This document shows positions 36,435 to 44,890 of a stretch of DNA of 62,448 nucleotides, in pieces. Within the stretch, counting starts at the first letter, position 1. Each line of letters starts with the position of its first letter. The DNA comes from Octopus bimaculoides (taxonomy: Eukaryota), in contig NC_068981.1 in NCBI RefSeq assembly GCF_001194135.2, positions 180,944,181 through 181,006,628 of the forward strand. Direction: 5' to 3'. A program made the translations under genes and the position numbers. The notes below the pieces were generated by a model. It made no database searches. It had not been told where the DNA came from and was given only the letters and a program-made list of their open reading frames with translations.

Positions 36435-39400
36435 GTATATATATATCCAGCAGCACCCTGTACACACAGTCGATATCGCGCCTGGAAGGTTGTCACTGGG
36501 CAGCATTGAGCACCAGCTTGAAGGGGTACCAGCAATTCAACCCCCAGTATTTATTTTTAAGTAGAGCACTTATTCTATTGACCTTTTTTTGCTGAACCAC
36601 TAAGTTATCAGGATGTAAACAAACCAGTACCACTTGTCAAGTGGTGGAGGGAGACAAACATATATGCATCATCATCATTATCATTTAACATTGGTTTTCC
36701 ATACTGGCATGAGTTGGACGGTTTGACAGGAGCTGGTCAGCTGGATGACCATCTAATGCCAACCACCTTACAGAGTGTACTGGGTGCTTTTTATGTGGTG
36801 CCAGTACAATGGGCTTCCTCACAGTTTCCATCTACCAAATTCACTCACAAGGCATTGGTCACTCCAGGAATATAGTAAAGACACTTTCCCAAAGTACCAT
36901 GTAATGGGACTGAACCCAAACCCACATGGTTGCAAAGTGAGTTTCTTAACCACACGGCCATGCCTGTCCCTATAAATCAAAATTGGCCTTGGCTGGATTT
37001 GAACACAAATTTAAACAGATTTGGAACAAATGTCAAATGGCATTCCATCCAGTGTTCTGCTGACTCAGCCTGTCAGATGGACTATGCCTGTAATTCATAA
37101 GTCTATCCTTGTCATCCTGTGTCATGCTGATTCTCTCTGAGAATTATATTAAGGATGCATGTGTCTGTGGGATACTCTACCACTTAAATGCTAGCTCAAT
37201 GAACCTGGTAGTTTAGTTGATCGAACATCCAAATACTCTTGATAAAAAATTCTGACCGAGATCCATTCGATAAAATAAGTACCAAATTTCAGGTCTTGTG
37301 CTTGTAGTAGAAAGGATTATTATTATTTGCAGTCAGTCATTGCAATTATGATTGTTCATGGTTTTGGCATGACTTGATAAGCTTTCTCCATACTAATCAG
37401 TTTTCCACTTGAGTTTACCATTTATTATAACTAATTCCTTTTCACTTCATATTCTTTGAATCTGTCTAGGTTTTCCATGGTTTCTTTATCCCTTGCATAG
37501 TTAGGAGTAAAGGAGCTGCCTGGAGAGTCCATCCTGTGTACGTGCCCCAACCAACATGTATTTCTATCCATTTATTACCATTATTTATAATTGATTCTCT
37601 TGTTGTGTCCAGATGTTTCAGTTTTTGATCCTTAGACTTAATTAATTGAAATGGTTCACTGCTCTTACTTGCAATGCTTCCTTTATTTTCAAGCAGTAAA
37701 AAAAAAAAAAGGATTTTTTTTGCTCTGCAAAGCCCTTATTACAGATAGAATTATCAGACATTATTGGCAGCACTATGGCACAAACAAATTCTCTAAAAAT
37801 CCAATCTGCAGTGATATGTAACAATGCTAATAAAATTAACTGTTCTTTTCTTCAGTCCTGTGGACCAAATGTTCTTTTCTTCAGTCCTGTGGACCAAAGC
37901 CTTAATCATTTGTGTGACATTCTAGTATGACAGGAAAACTTGATCCTAGCATTTGTATGCTGTTAACTTTCACAACCTGATAAGTTTGAATATGAGCTTA
38001 TAATAGAGTTTCTTTGTGGTCCTTCAACCTGCTAATAATAGAGGTCAGATTTCTGTTACATCATACCCTACTGTCTTAAAAAATGAAGTGCTCATTGAAT
38101 AATGTGATTCAAAATATAGTGTTTTGCTTCTCTTTCTCAAATGAACTGGTAAATAATTTTAAGATCAAAACTTCAAAAGCTGCTCATGAAAACAAAATCA
38201 GTTCAGCTGAGAGAAAGCTATTGAAGTCCAAATGAATTAAGCTTTTGCTAATGATTTAAATGTTAGTTTTCTTAACCAATGTCACCTACTGTGACCAGTT
38301 TGGAATGCTTGCAGAAGCTATGAAAAAACAAATAGCAGAGAAGCAAATGATGCACAATGAACATATTAAGGTGAGTCTTTTATGTTTATTGATTGTGTTG
38401 GCTAAGGTAGATTAACAGAAATAGATTGAAACAAATATCCTGTGGGCTGTGGCATTATTGTGTGGTACATGGCTTGCAGCATGGTTATATGGTATGTAGG
38501 TGGTAGTTGCAAAAATGAGCTGTACCTGTATATCAAAGAGACAGCCTTGTCGCACTCTGTGTCATATTGAATCTCCCTGAGAACTACATTAACCCATTAC
38601 CTACTAGTGATCTCGTATGAGATCACTTAAAAATTACAAATTTCATAATTATCTGTCAATATTTACACACATCTAACCTTTTTGCTATATCTACTAGGTA
38701 AATTTCTCTGATATTCAAATGAGGTTTGCTAATTGTTCACCCAATACCTCGCTTATTTCTATTTAAAATGTCATTTTGATCATTCCAGCGTGTTTCTAAG
38801 GCTATTTTATACTAGAAATCAAAGTTTCATAAAAAAAATTCCAGTTAATAGAATTATGGGAGGTAATGGGTTAAGGATACACATGTCTGTAAGCGTTCAG
38901 CCACCTGCTTGTTAATTTCACTAGCAGGCTGATCTGTTGATTGGATCAACTGGAAGACTCGTCATTACTGTCAGGGTGCCAGTTTTTTTTTTTTTACTTC
39001 ACACTGCCACAATATAAGCAAAAATGATGATAGTGTTTTTATTTCTCATACCTTGGTGGTTTTATCATGAGTGAGAACCCCAATAGATTAAAAACACCTT
39101 AATTGAAAGCAGACTTGTAAGGGTCGATGACAGATAAGGCACTTGACTGTAGAACACTGCCTCAATATGTCTCATCCAACCCATGCCAGCATTAGAAAAA
39201 GTGACCCTAAAATGAGGACTGATATATTTGTCTAATCTTGTTGTTTGTAGGATGTCTTCCATTCTTCTATTCAAGTAGCTACACATTACATGAAAGGCAG
39301 ATAAACTACTTTATCTACCTGATCCACTTTACTGTAATGTATAAGCCTATGTTTTTTATCAACATTGTTTGTGAGCCCTGATAATGTAAAAAATAAGGAG

Positions 39401-41159
39401 AACAGGATGATGTTATGGGAACCATTACTGATTGGAAAACTACTAGTGGTTCTCAACTGGGACCCATATGACCCTTTGTTGCGGTCCATATAAGATTTTT
39501 ATGTTCAAATTTAGGTGCAATAAATTGGTTATACTTTAACAATGCACAAAATAGTTAACAATTTTTTTTTATATAGTTCCAAATAATATTTACTTCTAAA
39601 AATATAATAGGACTTTGAATGGCTATGAGGGTACACCCAGGATAAAATAAGAGTCAAAGGGGTCCATAGGTAAAAAATGGTTGAGAAACACTGCTCTACA
39701 TGGTCCCCCAACTTACTGGAAACATCAGCTAAATGTTTCTCAACCTACATCCTATTGTCTTAAAAGAGGAAGGACATATTGGACAGTGTGGTCCTAGTTA
39801 TACGAAAAAAAAGGTGAGATGGTCATAGCTGGAATGCTTTTGATCATGGAATATGTTGATCATGAGCTGCATAGATCTGCTCAGTTGGGACTGATTTAGG
39901 TTTAACCTTTAGTAGTCAGATTACTCTGTTAAATTTAATGCTTATTTATTCACATTGTTTTGAATTAATTATGCATTATTATCTCATGGCTTTGAGATTT
40001 TGATGATGTGATTGTTTATTTTTAGAGTGACATTTTAGGGTAGGTGTGAGAGGCCTGATCTGGTCAGTTTGAACATAACATGGATAGAATATCTGGGCTA
40101 GATATGGCCAGTTTAAATGCTAACGGGTGAAACAACAACAATTCTTTAGTTGGTAGATTGGCGGCATCATTAGAACAGTGTGTGGTATTTGTTTTAAATT
40201 TTTGAAGTCTAAGTTCAAATCCTACCACAGACAACTTTCATCTGTTTGGAATCAATAAAAATGTACCAATCCATGGCAATGGATTGATGGAACTGTAAGG
40301 ATGTTGGGCTGGATGCCTCATGGTATTTGTTTCAGCCCTTTGTGCTCTGAGTTCAAATCCTACCAACACCAGCTTTCAACGACAATAAAATTACATTCCT
40401 GTCTCACTCAGTCATTTCCTTGTTCAATCTGGCTGGGGTAATCCCAGGTTAATGATAATCCCAGGTAATCCCAGAGGTACCATTATGCATAGAGTTGATT
40501 AAGTCCATCAGTGCCCCCACCCCCATTGCTGGTGGTCCCATGTCAGCCCCTCTGCATTTCTCAAGATGGCATCAAACCTCTGGAGATCTTTTATCACGTC
40601 CAACCATCTGGTACAGAACCTGCCACAGGACCTCTTCCAGCCTGCAGCTGCTGCGATGAACAAGAGTACGGCTATGATAGGACGATCTGGCAAGAAGTGG
40701 AGGACGTCCATCCCTGTGCATGCAGTGGATGGCTATGAGGTGGAAGGTTGTAGGCTGATGCATGCAGCTCATCACATACCCTTCTATGTTGGTTAGAGCA
40801 CCATAACATTTGTTCTGTCTTTTTGCATTCTATGTTGTTGGGTGGCAGACTTAATCTGTTACTCTGCTTTAACATCACCATCTTGTCTTTAGGTGCCCAT
40901 AGTGAAATTCACTCTGTTACAAGCAGTCAGTAGTTTTTTAAAATTTTTTTTATTTACTTTTGAATACTTCCAGTTAAAATCCAACATGAAAAAAGAGTTA
41001 CGTAACAAGATGGAGAAAGACATCCACACCATCCAGGAGCAACTGTGTGATGACGATGATCACATTCACTTCCGTCAACTTGACACTGACAGGTTAAAAC
41101 AAGAGTTACAAATGGCTAATTATATTTTTAAATCTCGACCACATCAGTATGCTGAATGA
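7066..41159 (+). CDS. CEP95: Centrosomal protein of 95 kDa orthologue; spliced CDS join(7066-7093,10347-10475,14315-14548,15664-15736,17253-17350,18958-19257,19616-19652,21401-21493,24085-24262,24861-24953,25267-25327,27335-27391,29751-29917,33482-33556,34200-34352,35876-gap,38299-38370,40974-41159)
   Basis: Manually spliced; every visible junction is GT-AG and intron phases chain without a frameshift or stop. The N-terminus ([10 protein letters not shown]...[10 protein letters not shown]; [52 protein letters not shown]) and C-terminus ([24 protein letters not shown]; [41 protein letters not shown]) match human CEP95 as recalled from memory. Confidence 0.93.
8241..8378. mobile_element. piggyBac-like MITE
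   Basis: TIRs cccttttgttacca / tagtatcaaaaggg with degenerate TTAA flanks (tcaa, ctaa). Confidence 0.5.
8459..8770 (+). repeat. Local tandem duplication (~130-bp unit x2 with a ~43-bp partial copy between)
   Basis: tgatcctgttatatataatatgatgtctaggatcatttcatc...ctacatatccataaacag repeated almost identically. Confidence 0.9.
9125..9359 (-). mobile_element. Family C (RTE 3' end) copy running into a gap
   Basis: (CAT)n + cgtttaacgtctgctttccatgctagca...gcccttcctaacgccaaccactc. Confidence 0.85.
10347..10475 (+). CDS. CEP95: CEP95 coding exon 2
   Basis: aataag|GA...CCAG|gtaaat; 129 nt, phase 1/1; [42 protein letters not shown]. Confidence 0.9.
10520..11800 (+). repeat. Degenerate ~310-bp tandem triplication in intron 2, third copy displaced by a SINE A
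   Basis: ttgctcaga(g/a)t..agtgga...tt(g/c)aa(t/c)ttgattt.gt...gtgttaagc/gtgctaag recurs near 10630, 10934 and 11690. Confidence 0.7.
11181..11603 (+). mobile_element. Full-length SINE family A
   Basis: tRNA-like head with A-box-like tggctgtggt and B-box ggttcattccc; ctttgggcaagtgtcttctac CORE-like segment; internal (TA)n(TG)n; tail aaagagtaaagag. Confidence 0.88.
12085..12530 (-). mobile_element. Family C copy with three ~66-bp VNTR units
   Basis: cttttta(c/t)(a/g)tgccaccagca...gccagt...actggca period about 66 nt. Confidence 0.85.
12530..13250 (+). mobile_element. Cluster of three decayed SINE family B copies
   Basis: gagttcaaat B-box and ctttcatcc..gggttgataaaataagtaccag central domain. 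Confidence 0.7.
14315..14548 (+). CDS. CEP95: CEP95 coding exon 3 (conserved N-terminal domain)
   Basis: ttttccag|AA...GAAG|gtagtt; 234 nt, phase 1/1; contains [23 protein letters not shown]. Confidence 0.95.
15075..15540. mobile_element. Family C variant (-, 15075-15300) and family C (+, 15340-15540) in opposite orientation
   Basis: ggttggcgttaggaagggcatccagctgtagaaac...gctagcatggaaggcggacgttaaatgatgatgatg. Confidence 0.8.
15664..15736 (+). CDS. CEP95: CEP95 coding exon 4
   Basis: tttacag|AT...AAACT|gtgagt; 73 nt, phase 1/2; [23 protein letters not shown]; supported by splice sites and phase chain. Confidence 0.7.
16165..16335 (+). repeat. Degenerate ~33-bp minisatellite
   Basis: Recurrent (t/g)gtacctcagtgcttgagtaccacac-like units. 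Confidence 0.55.
16350..16625 (+). mobile_element. 3' end of a BovB-type RTE LINE with terminal C2H2 finger and (TAA)n tail
   Basis: [21 protein letters not shown] (C-x2-C-x12-H-x3-H) followed by gtcattgtcaacaatgacatacggactaataataat. Confidence 0.75.
16625..16855 (-). mobile_element. SINE family B copy
   Basis: Reverse complement of the B consensus; flanked by (TAA)n. Confidence 0.8.
17253..17350 (+). CDS. CEP95: CEP95 coding exon 5
   Basis: tatctag|T...CCAG|gtttgc; 98 nt, phase 2/1; [32 protein letters not shown]. Confidence 0.72.
17521..17962 (+). mobile_element. Full-length SINE family A
   Basis: ggagtggctgtgtgg...tcagtcccactgtgtggcaccttgggcaagt...aaatgactgaagcaagtaaaagag. Confidence 0.88.
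18958..19257 (+). CDS. CEP95: CEP95 coding exon 6
   Basis: pyrimidine tract + catgaag|AT...TCAG|gtaaaa; 300 nt open frame, phase 1/1; alternative in-frame acceptor at 18934. Confidence 0.82.
19300..19545 (+). mobile_element. Gypsy/Ty3 integrase remnant (zinc-binding region and start of core) inside the 358-bp intron 6
   Basis: Frameshifted pieces [47 protein letters not shown] match Gypsy integrase motifs. Confidence 0.78.
19616..19652 (+). CDS. CEP95: CEP95 coding exon 7
   Basis: tttttcag|AC...AGAAG|gttagt; 37 nt, phase 1/2, required to join exon 6 to exon 8. Confidence 0.72.
19818..20185 (+). mobile_element. SINE family A copy
   Basis: Same head/CORE-like/3' module architecture. Confidence 0.8.
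20945..21150 (+). mobile_element. TTAA-type MITE copy (same family as 24366-24587 and 39905-40110)
   Basis: cattcagattactct...tatttattcacattgttttgaa...gtttgaacataaaacagg. Confidence 0.75.
21401..21493 (+). CDS. CEP95: CEP95 coding exon 8
   Basis: tttttgtag|A...GATCA|gtaagt; 93 nt, phase 2/2; [30 protein letters not shown]. Confidence 0.8.
21571..22308 (-). mobile_element. 5' half of a maT-like Tc1/mariner transposon
   Basis: End cagggtg (reverse complement) at 22308; frameshifted transposase pieces [68 protein letters not shown]; homologous to 41683-42969. Confidence 0.85.
22481..22766. repeat. Fold-back inverted repeat (MITE-like): inner arms 22531-22621 / 22646-22736, outer arms 22481-22504 / 22743-22766
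   Basis: Inner arms match at about 83/91 positions around a 24-nt loop; outer arms 23/24. Confidence 0.92.
23386..23611. mobile_element. Mariner-type MITE with 29-bp perfect inverted repeat; left end truncated
   Basis: gccaaaagtcacctgacagtaaatcaaaa at 23386-23414 and its exact reverse complement at 23574-23602; the right end extends as ggccaaccttg|ta. Confidence 0.7.
23638..24006 (-). mobile_element. SINE family A copy (reverse)
   Basis: Reverse complement of the A architecture. Confidence 0.8.
24085..24262 (+). CDS. CEP95: CEP95 coding exon 9
   Basis: ttttctctag|A...TTACAA|gtaagg; 178 nt, phase 2/0; [15 protein letters not shown]... Confidence 0.82.
24366..24587 (-). mobile_element. piggyBac-type MITE with TTAA target duplication
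   Basis: ttaa|ccttttcgtattca...tgaatgctaaagag|ttaa; three copies in the window. Confidence 0.8.
24861..24953 (+). CDS. CEP95: CEP95 coding exon 10
   Basis: attttcag|TTT...ATGAAA|gtaagt; 93 nt, phase 0/0; [31 protein letters not shown]. Confidence 0.82.
25267..25327 (+). CDS. CEP95: CEP95 coding exon 11
   Basis: tttttag|GAA...TCAG|gtaaaa; 61 nt, phase 0/1; alternative in-frame donor after 25342. Confidence 0.75.
25690..26720 (-). mobile_element. RTE LINE RT fragment with internal deletion
   Basis: [39 protein letters not shown], then a jump to a degenerate YADDL (tatgctgaagacctt) and SKGFKVN. Confidence 0.9.
27335..27391 (+). CDS. CEP95: CEP95 coding exon 12
   Basis: ttgtttag|TC...ACAG|gtttgt; 57 nt, phase 1/1; [18 protein letters not shown]. 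Confidence 0.72.
27500..27912 (-). mobile_element. Family C variant plus SINE A head (both reverse)
   Basis: gtttgcatgggtcagacc...gtttccaagcaaa; gggcttccacacagtttccatctac...aaccacacagcc. Confidence 0.7.
28227..28950. mobile_element. SINE B cluster: 28227-28460 (+), 28470-28635 (+), 28636-28772 (-), then SINE A 3' module (-)
   Basis: Matches to the B consensus on both strands. Confidence 0.85.
29751..29917 (+). CDS. CEP95: CEP95 coding exon 13
   Basis: catttcag|AA...CAGCAG|gtatgt; 167 nt, phase 1/0; [33 protein letters not shown] resembles human LLPLMLEQFPFLYVS..LSKMWKQQIAQVEQL (recalled). Confidence 0.92.
30255..30945 (+). mobile_element. RTE LINE ORF2 fragment: reverse transcriptase core followed by a PHD-type zinc finger
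   Basis: Open frame with [39 protein letters not shown], then CATC-x10-CTQC-x4-H-x2-C-x14-CERC (C4HC3). Confidence 0.95.
30945..31291 (+). mobile_element. Family C-type RTE 3' UTR with (GAT)n tail
   Basis: gtgccagtggcacataaaa...gttggcattaggaagagcatcc...cagacgttaaatgatgatgatg. Confidence 0.8.
31292..32315 (+). mobile_element. Three tandem SINE B copies joined by (ATT)n; the middle one is split by an insert
   Basis: gagctggcagaat heads near 31299, 31538 and 32106 (the last degenerate). Confidence 0.85.
31646..31970 (-). mobile_element. 325-bp solo-LTR-like insertion inside a SINE B
   Basis: Target duplication atccttt at 31639-31645 and 31971-31977; minus strand begins TGTAGT, ends ...TTCTACT(A) and contains AATAAA. 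Confidence 0.65.
32320..32672 (-). mobile_element. 3' end of a restriction-like-endonuclease non-LTR retrotransposon (R4/Dong-type) with (TAA)n tail
   Basis: [68 protein letters not shown] is typical of the RLE C-terminus; followed by a short UTR and aataaaataataataat. Confidence 0.85.
33482..33556 (+). CDS. CEP95: CEP95 coding exon 14
   Basis: ttctttcag|ATT...TTG|gtaaga; 75 nt, phase 0/0; [25 protein letters not shown]. Confidence 0.92.
34200..34352 (+). CDS. CEP95: CEP95 coding exon 15
   Basis: ttacag|AAA...TTG|gtgagt; 153 nt, phase 0/0; [25 protein letters not shown]. Confidence 0.93.
34460..34770 (+). mobile_element. tRNA-derived SINE family D (cut by a gap)
   Basis: A-box tggcccagtggtta and B-box ggtttcgattccc; body also seen at 37085-37235 and 38500-38985. 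Confidence 0.8.
35160..35432 (+). mobile_element. Family C copy
   Basis: VNTR units + ggttggcgttaggaagggcatccagc + ccatgctagcatgg + (GAC/GAT)n. Confidence 0.85.
35470..35795 (+). repeat. Degenerate (ACC/ACT/ATC)n low-complexity tract
   Basis: Directly visible. Confidence 0.9.
35876..35899 (+). CDS. CEP95: CEP95 coding exon 16, only the first 8 codons visible (LFKNMFKD); the rest lies in the N-gap starting at 35900
   Basis: Long pyrimidine tract + tgtag acceptor, phase 0; LFKNMFKD resembles human IFKKLFEE (recalled), the segment otherwise missing between exons 15 and 17. Confidence 0.8.
37841..37898 (+). repeat. Perfect 29-bp tandem duplication
   Basis: tgttcttttcttcagtcctgtggaccaaa x2. Confidence 0.95.
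38299..38370 (+). CDS. CEP95: CEP95 coding exon 17
   Basis: gaccag|TTT...AAG|gtgagt; 72 nt, phase 0/0; [24 protein letters not shown] resembles human FSLLAEAISQE (recalled). Confidence 0.88.
38593..38870. mobile_element. 278-bp piggyBac-type MITE nested in a SINE D
   Basis: ttaa|cccattacct...aggtaatggg|ttaa: 10-bp perfect TIR and TTAA duplication; removing it restores the SINE D body. Confidence 0.88.
39444..39693. mobile_element. hAT (Charlie-like) MITE
   Basis: TIRs tagtggttctcaac / gttgagaaacactg; 8-bp TSD not recognisable. Confidence 0.75.
39905..40110 (+). mobile_element. TTAA-type MITE copy
   Basis: Homologous to 24366-24587. Confidence 0.78.
40508..40830 (-). mobile_element. LINE ORF2 C-terminal fragment (RTE-like)
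   Basis: [37 protein letters not shown] resembles the (G)WKRPRGRPRTRWLD motif. Confidence 0.6.
40974..41159 (+). CDS. CEP95: CEP95 last coding exon with TGA stop
   Basis: tacttccag|TTA...GAATGA; 186 nt; [61 protein letters not shown]. Confidence 0.93.
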   Translation, partial: LKSNMKKELRNKMEKDIHTIQEQLCDDDDHIHFRQLDTDRLKQELQMANYIFKSRPHQYAE

Positions 41160-41353
41160 TTCGTTAAAGAGACGACAGTAATCAGTAATCCTTTCTCGAT
41201 GGTCACCTAACATCCATCAACACCACCAAAAGTGCAGAACGAACTTGATGACTGATTGATTAACTTTTCATACAAGATTTCATTTCATGTAAATATATGC
41301 AATACATAAAGCAGATAACATTCGTTTCCATCATCTAACTAAAACAGCAGATA

Positions 41354-41359
41354 ATTAAA
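41354..41359 (+). promoter_or_regulatory. Candidate polyadenylation signal (ATTAAA) for CEP95
   Basis: First common poly(A) hexamer after the stop, followed by a T-rich tract; I saw no AATAAA before 41695. Confidence 0.4.
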
Positions 41360-41682
41360 ACTATTTTTTTTTCTCCTCTTGTTCTGCTGCCATTTTGAAA
41401 GTTTTAAGTGCTGTAAAATGTCACCACAATCACATAATATAGTTACTGTGTGGTGTCTCTGCCACATTCTGCTGTGGTTGATAAACATGTATACCATTCT
41501 TCACTTGGTGTTGAATAGTGTTAGAGGTACACAATAAGGATTATGCAATATTCATAAAACACATTCTGTGCATAGTAGTATGGAAAATATCTTAGGACTT
41601 TTATTTTATATATGTGTAAGTGTGTGTATAATATGAATATATATATTGCATATATATGTATATACATGTGGGCATGTATATA

Positions 41683-42969
41683 CAGGGTGCAGTAAATAAA
41701 TTGTCGTCTAAATTAAGCAAAAATGAAAATAACATGGACATCTCATTTTAACAGATATATTTACCAAAATTACATAAAAATTTCTTGAAATACTAAAAAG
41801 TAAATTTATTCAATAAAATCGTCATTGACTTCAACTACAGCCTCCAGACAACTTCGGAATCTCTTACACCTCTTCTGGACGGTCTCCTTGTTTAAGTTGG
41901 TGAATGCTGCCATAATCCTTGCCTTCAGTTCATGTTTGGTATTACAAAGGGTTTTGTTGGTCTCTTGCTCAACTGCAACCCACACAATAATCAAGTGGGT
42001 AGCAGCCTGGGGAGTTAGGTGACCAGATATTAGGGGTGATGTGGTCGCAGAAATTGTCTGACAGCTATGACTGAGTTCTACTTGTGTGGCATGAGGCAGA
42101 TTCTTGTTGCCAGACATAGGGTTTTCCAGCAACCACCCTCTTGAATCAGGGCAGTACTACCTCCTCCAGGTACTTGGTGTAGGCCTCTGTGTTGAATCTG
42201 AGGCTGTGTGAGAAGATGAATGGAGGCATAACGTCACCAATCATTAGTAATCACTCCAAACATCATGTTGTTGATTGGATGTTTGATTTTTATCACTCAT
42301 GGTATATGTTTTGGGGATACGGCAAGCCAACAGTTATTTTGTGTGTTCACCATCTGATCCTGGCAGAAATTTTTCTTGTCTGAGAAAAACCAAAGCATGG
42401 GATGCTTGAGTTTGTTCAAAAGCTTTGTAGCGTGGTCTTTCCTCTTCTCTTTGATGGCTTGGGATAAAAATTGACCCTTTTTCATCTTGTTTGAGAAATA
42501 CCGAATGTCTTCATGCACTACCTGCCTGATAAGTAACTCGGACACTCCCATGTCCCTGGCAATGGGCCTGATTGATTTGGAGGGATTGTTGTCAATCATG
42601 GCCTGAATCTCACCATGAAATTCAGGCGGTCTTTTCTTATCAGAATGTTCAGAGTGAGTTTTCCAAGCTGTCATAACTTTGTAGTCACCCTTAGATTCAT
42701 CCAACTCATTCCGAATCCTCTGCAGTCCTCAGATTGACACCCACACACTTTGAAATGTTTGTATCGGTGCTTCCAGTGCTAATGCCAAGCAGTACAATAT
42801 GTCGTTTCCAAATTTTTGGCAGAATGAATTGCGCTATCATGCTTTTTTTATTCACAGATGGTGTCCAACTGACCCGGCTGTATTGTGGAGTTGACAAAAT
42901 CAAAAACAAACAATGCACATGCATGAAATTAAAAATTTTAAATGGCGACAATTTACCCATCGCACCCTG
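41683..42969 (-). mobile_element. Full-length (1287 bp) decayed Tc1/mariner transposon, maT-like (about DD37D)
   Basis: 26-bp TIRs (20/26 match) beginning cagggtgc, TA on both sides; transposase pieces WFFSDKKNFCQDQ, WQQESASCHTS...NIWSPNSPGCYPLDY (36 residues between second and third catalytic positions), with stops and frameshifts. Confidence 0.92.
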
Positions 42970-43184
42970 TATATGTATACATATGTGTGTGTGCCTGTAC
43001 TTCTGTATATGTATGTAAATGTATAAATCATCATCCTCATTAACATTTAATGTCCATGTTCCATGCTGGCATGAGTTGTTTGACAGAAACCAGTGTGTGC
43101 TAGAACTGCATTGAGCTCCAATATCTGCTTTGGCATGGTTTTACTGCTGGATGTCCTTCACACATACATATATATATATGTATG

Positions 43185-43471
43185 AAAGCCTTTGACAGGG
43201 TACCCCAATCCCTTATCTGATGGTCAATGAGGAAACTAGGGATAGATGAATGATTAGTGGGAGTTATGCAAGCCATGTACAGGGATGCTATCAGTAATGT
43301 GAGGGTTAGCACCGAGTACAGTGAAAAATTCCAGGTAGGGGGAGGGGTCTGCCAATGATCAGTCCTCAGCCCCCTCTTATTCATCATAGTCCTCCAGGCA
43401 ATAACAGAAGAATTCAAAACAGGATACCCCTGGGAGCTCCTCTATGCTGATGACCTTGCACTAATTGCTGC
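43185..43471 (+). mobile_element. RTE RT fragment ending just after YADDL
   Basis: KAFDRVPQSLI*WSMRKLGIDE...[23 protein letters not shown]; same family as 30255. Confidence 0.88.
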
Positions 43472-43814
43472 CATAGTTATCATATACGCAGCTACCCAAC
43501 GTCCGAAAATTGATTTCATATTTTAGCTTTTTATTTATTTATCGTTTATGGTCATAAGTCGCATAGGTTGTAAGTTGAGGGAAAATTGTATATGAAGACA
43601 ACCACCAATTTTTCTATGTGATCAGCTTGAAGAATTGTTAAGATATTTCTTAACATGAAACCAATGGTAGCCTTGATACACATATAAAGAATCTTTATCC
43701 ACCAATGCAGTGTTGAGCACTTGTTCTCATTGTTTGATATTTATGTATCAATGTTTCTGGCATTCTTGAACATTGAATAAGCACTAAACACAAACAGAGA
43801 ATCAAAACAGACCA

Positions 43815-44480
43815 TGGTAAAACACGAAATAAGAACATCATTGAAGAATATTCCTATACTACGAAGGAAAGTGTACATCAAGCATCTTATCAATAAAACA
43901 GAAAGCATCTCAAGGAGAATAAAATAGAATGCTTATTTTTTCGATAAAGGTACGTGCAGCCCCAATTCAGAGGACAGTTATTTTTTTAGATCTTACAAAA
44001 ATCTACCACATATTAAAGACCAAGATAATTTTGAAGACGATCTCATGAAATTAGTTAAAAATGTCAAGTTTAACCATAAATCCAACAACTACCACCACAA
44101 ACTACAAACATAGTTTGAACCTTTCAAAACATCTCCAAACATGTTTATTAAAGCAGATAAAATATAAAACATTTACGAAGTAAACAACCACATGCATGGC
44201 AAATTACGAACCAATAATATAATGAAAATGTTTAAGAAAACAAGCCCCACCACCTATATTTTAATCAATGTTGAAGCAAAAAAAATTAGCTACAAAGTTT
44301 AAAATCAAAGATAGAGTAGAAAAGCTTACCTCACAAAATCTTTTTGTTACCCTGAAATGGCTATAAAGACAATTTTATACAAAATCCTTGTTGTAGATTG
44401 ATAAACACAACAAAAAGTGAAATGGGAATTATAAGTAAATCCATAGTAGGTAACATACAACATATCAGAGCATCCTTAAA
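43815..44480 (+). mobile_element. Penelope-like element, N-terminal RT region
   Basis: SLKNIP...KTESISRRIK*NAYFF...FEDDLMKLVKNVKF...FIKADKI*NIYE...NPCCRLINTTKSEMGIISK match PLE motifs (recalled). Confidence 0.78.
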
Positions 44481-44509
44481 CTCGTTCTCATTGTTTGATA
44501 TTTATGTAT

Positions 44510-44890
44510 AAGACATTCGAGCAAGATCGTTGCCAGTGCCGATGGGCTGGCACCTATGCAGGTGACACGTAAAATACACCATTTCGAGCATGGTCGTTGA
44601 TCGTTACTAACATCGCCTCCCTGGCACTTACTTGTGCCAGTGGCACGTGAAAAGACATTCGAGCAAGATTGTTGCTAGTGCCGATGGACTGGCTCCTGTG
44701 CAAGTGGCACGTAAAATACACCATTTTGAGCGTGGCCGTTGTCAGTGATTGGCGTTAGGAAGGGCATCCAGCTGTAGAAACTCTGCCAAATCAGATTGGA
44801 GCCTGGTGTAGCCATATGATTCACCAGTCCTCAGTCAAATCGTCCAACCCATGCTAGCAGGGAAAGTGGACGTTAAACGACGATCATGAT
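44510..44890 (+). mobile_element. Family C copy with about 3-4 VNTR units
   Basis: aagacattcgagcaagat(c/t)gttgc(c/t)agtgccgatgg repeated; terminal gtggacgttaaacgacgat. Confidence 0.85.
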
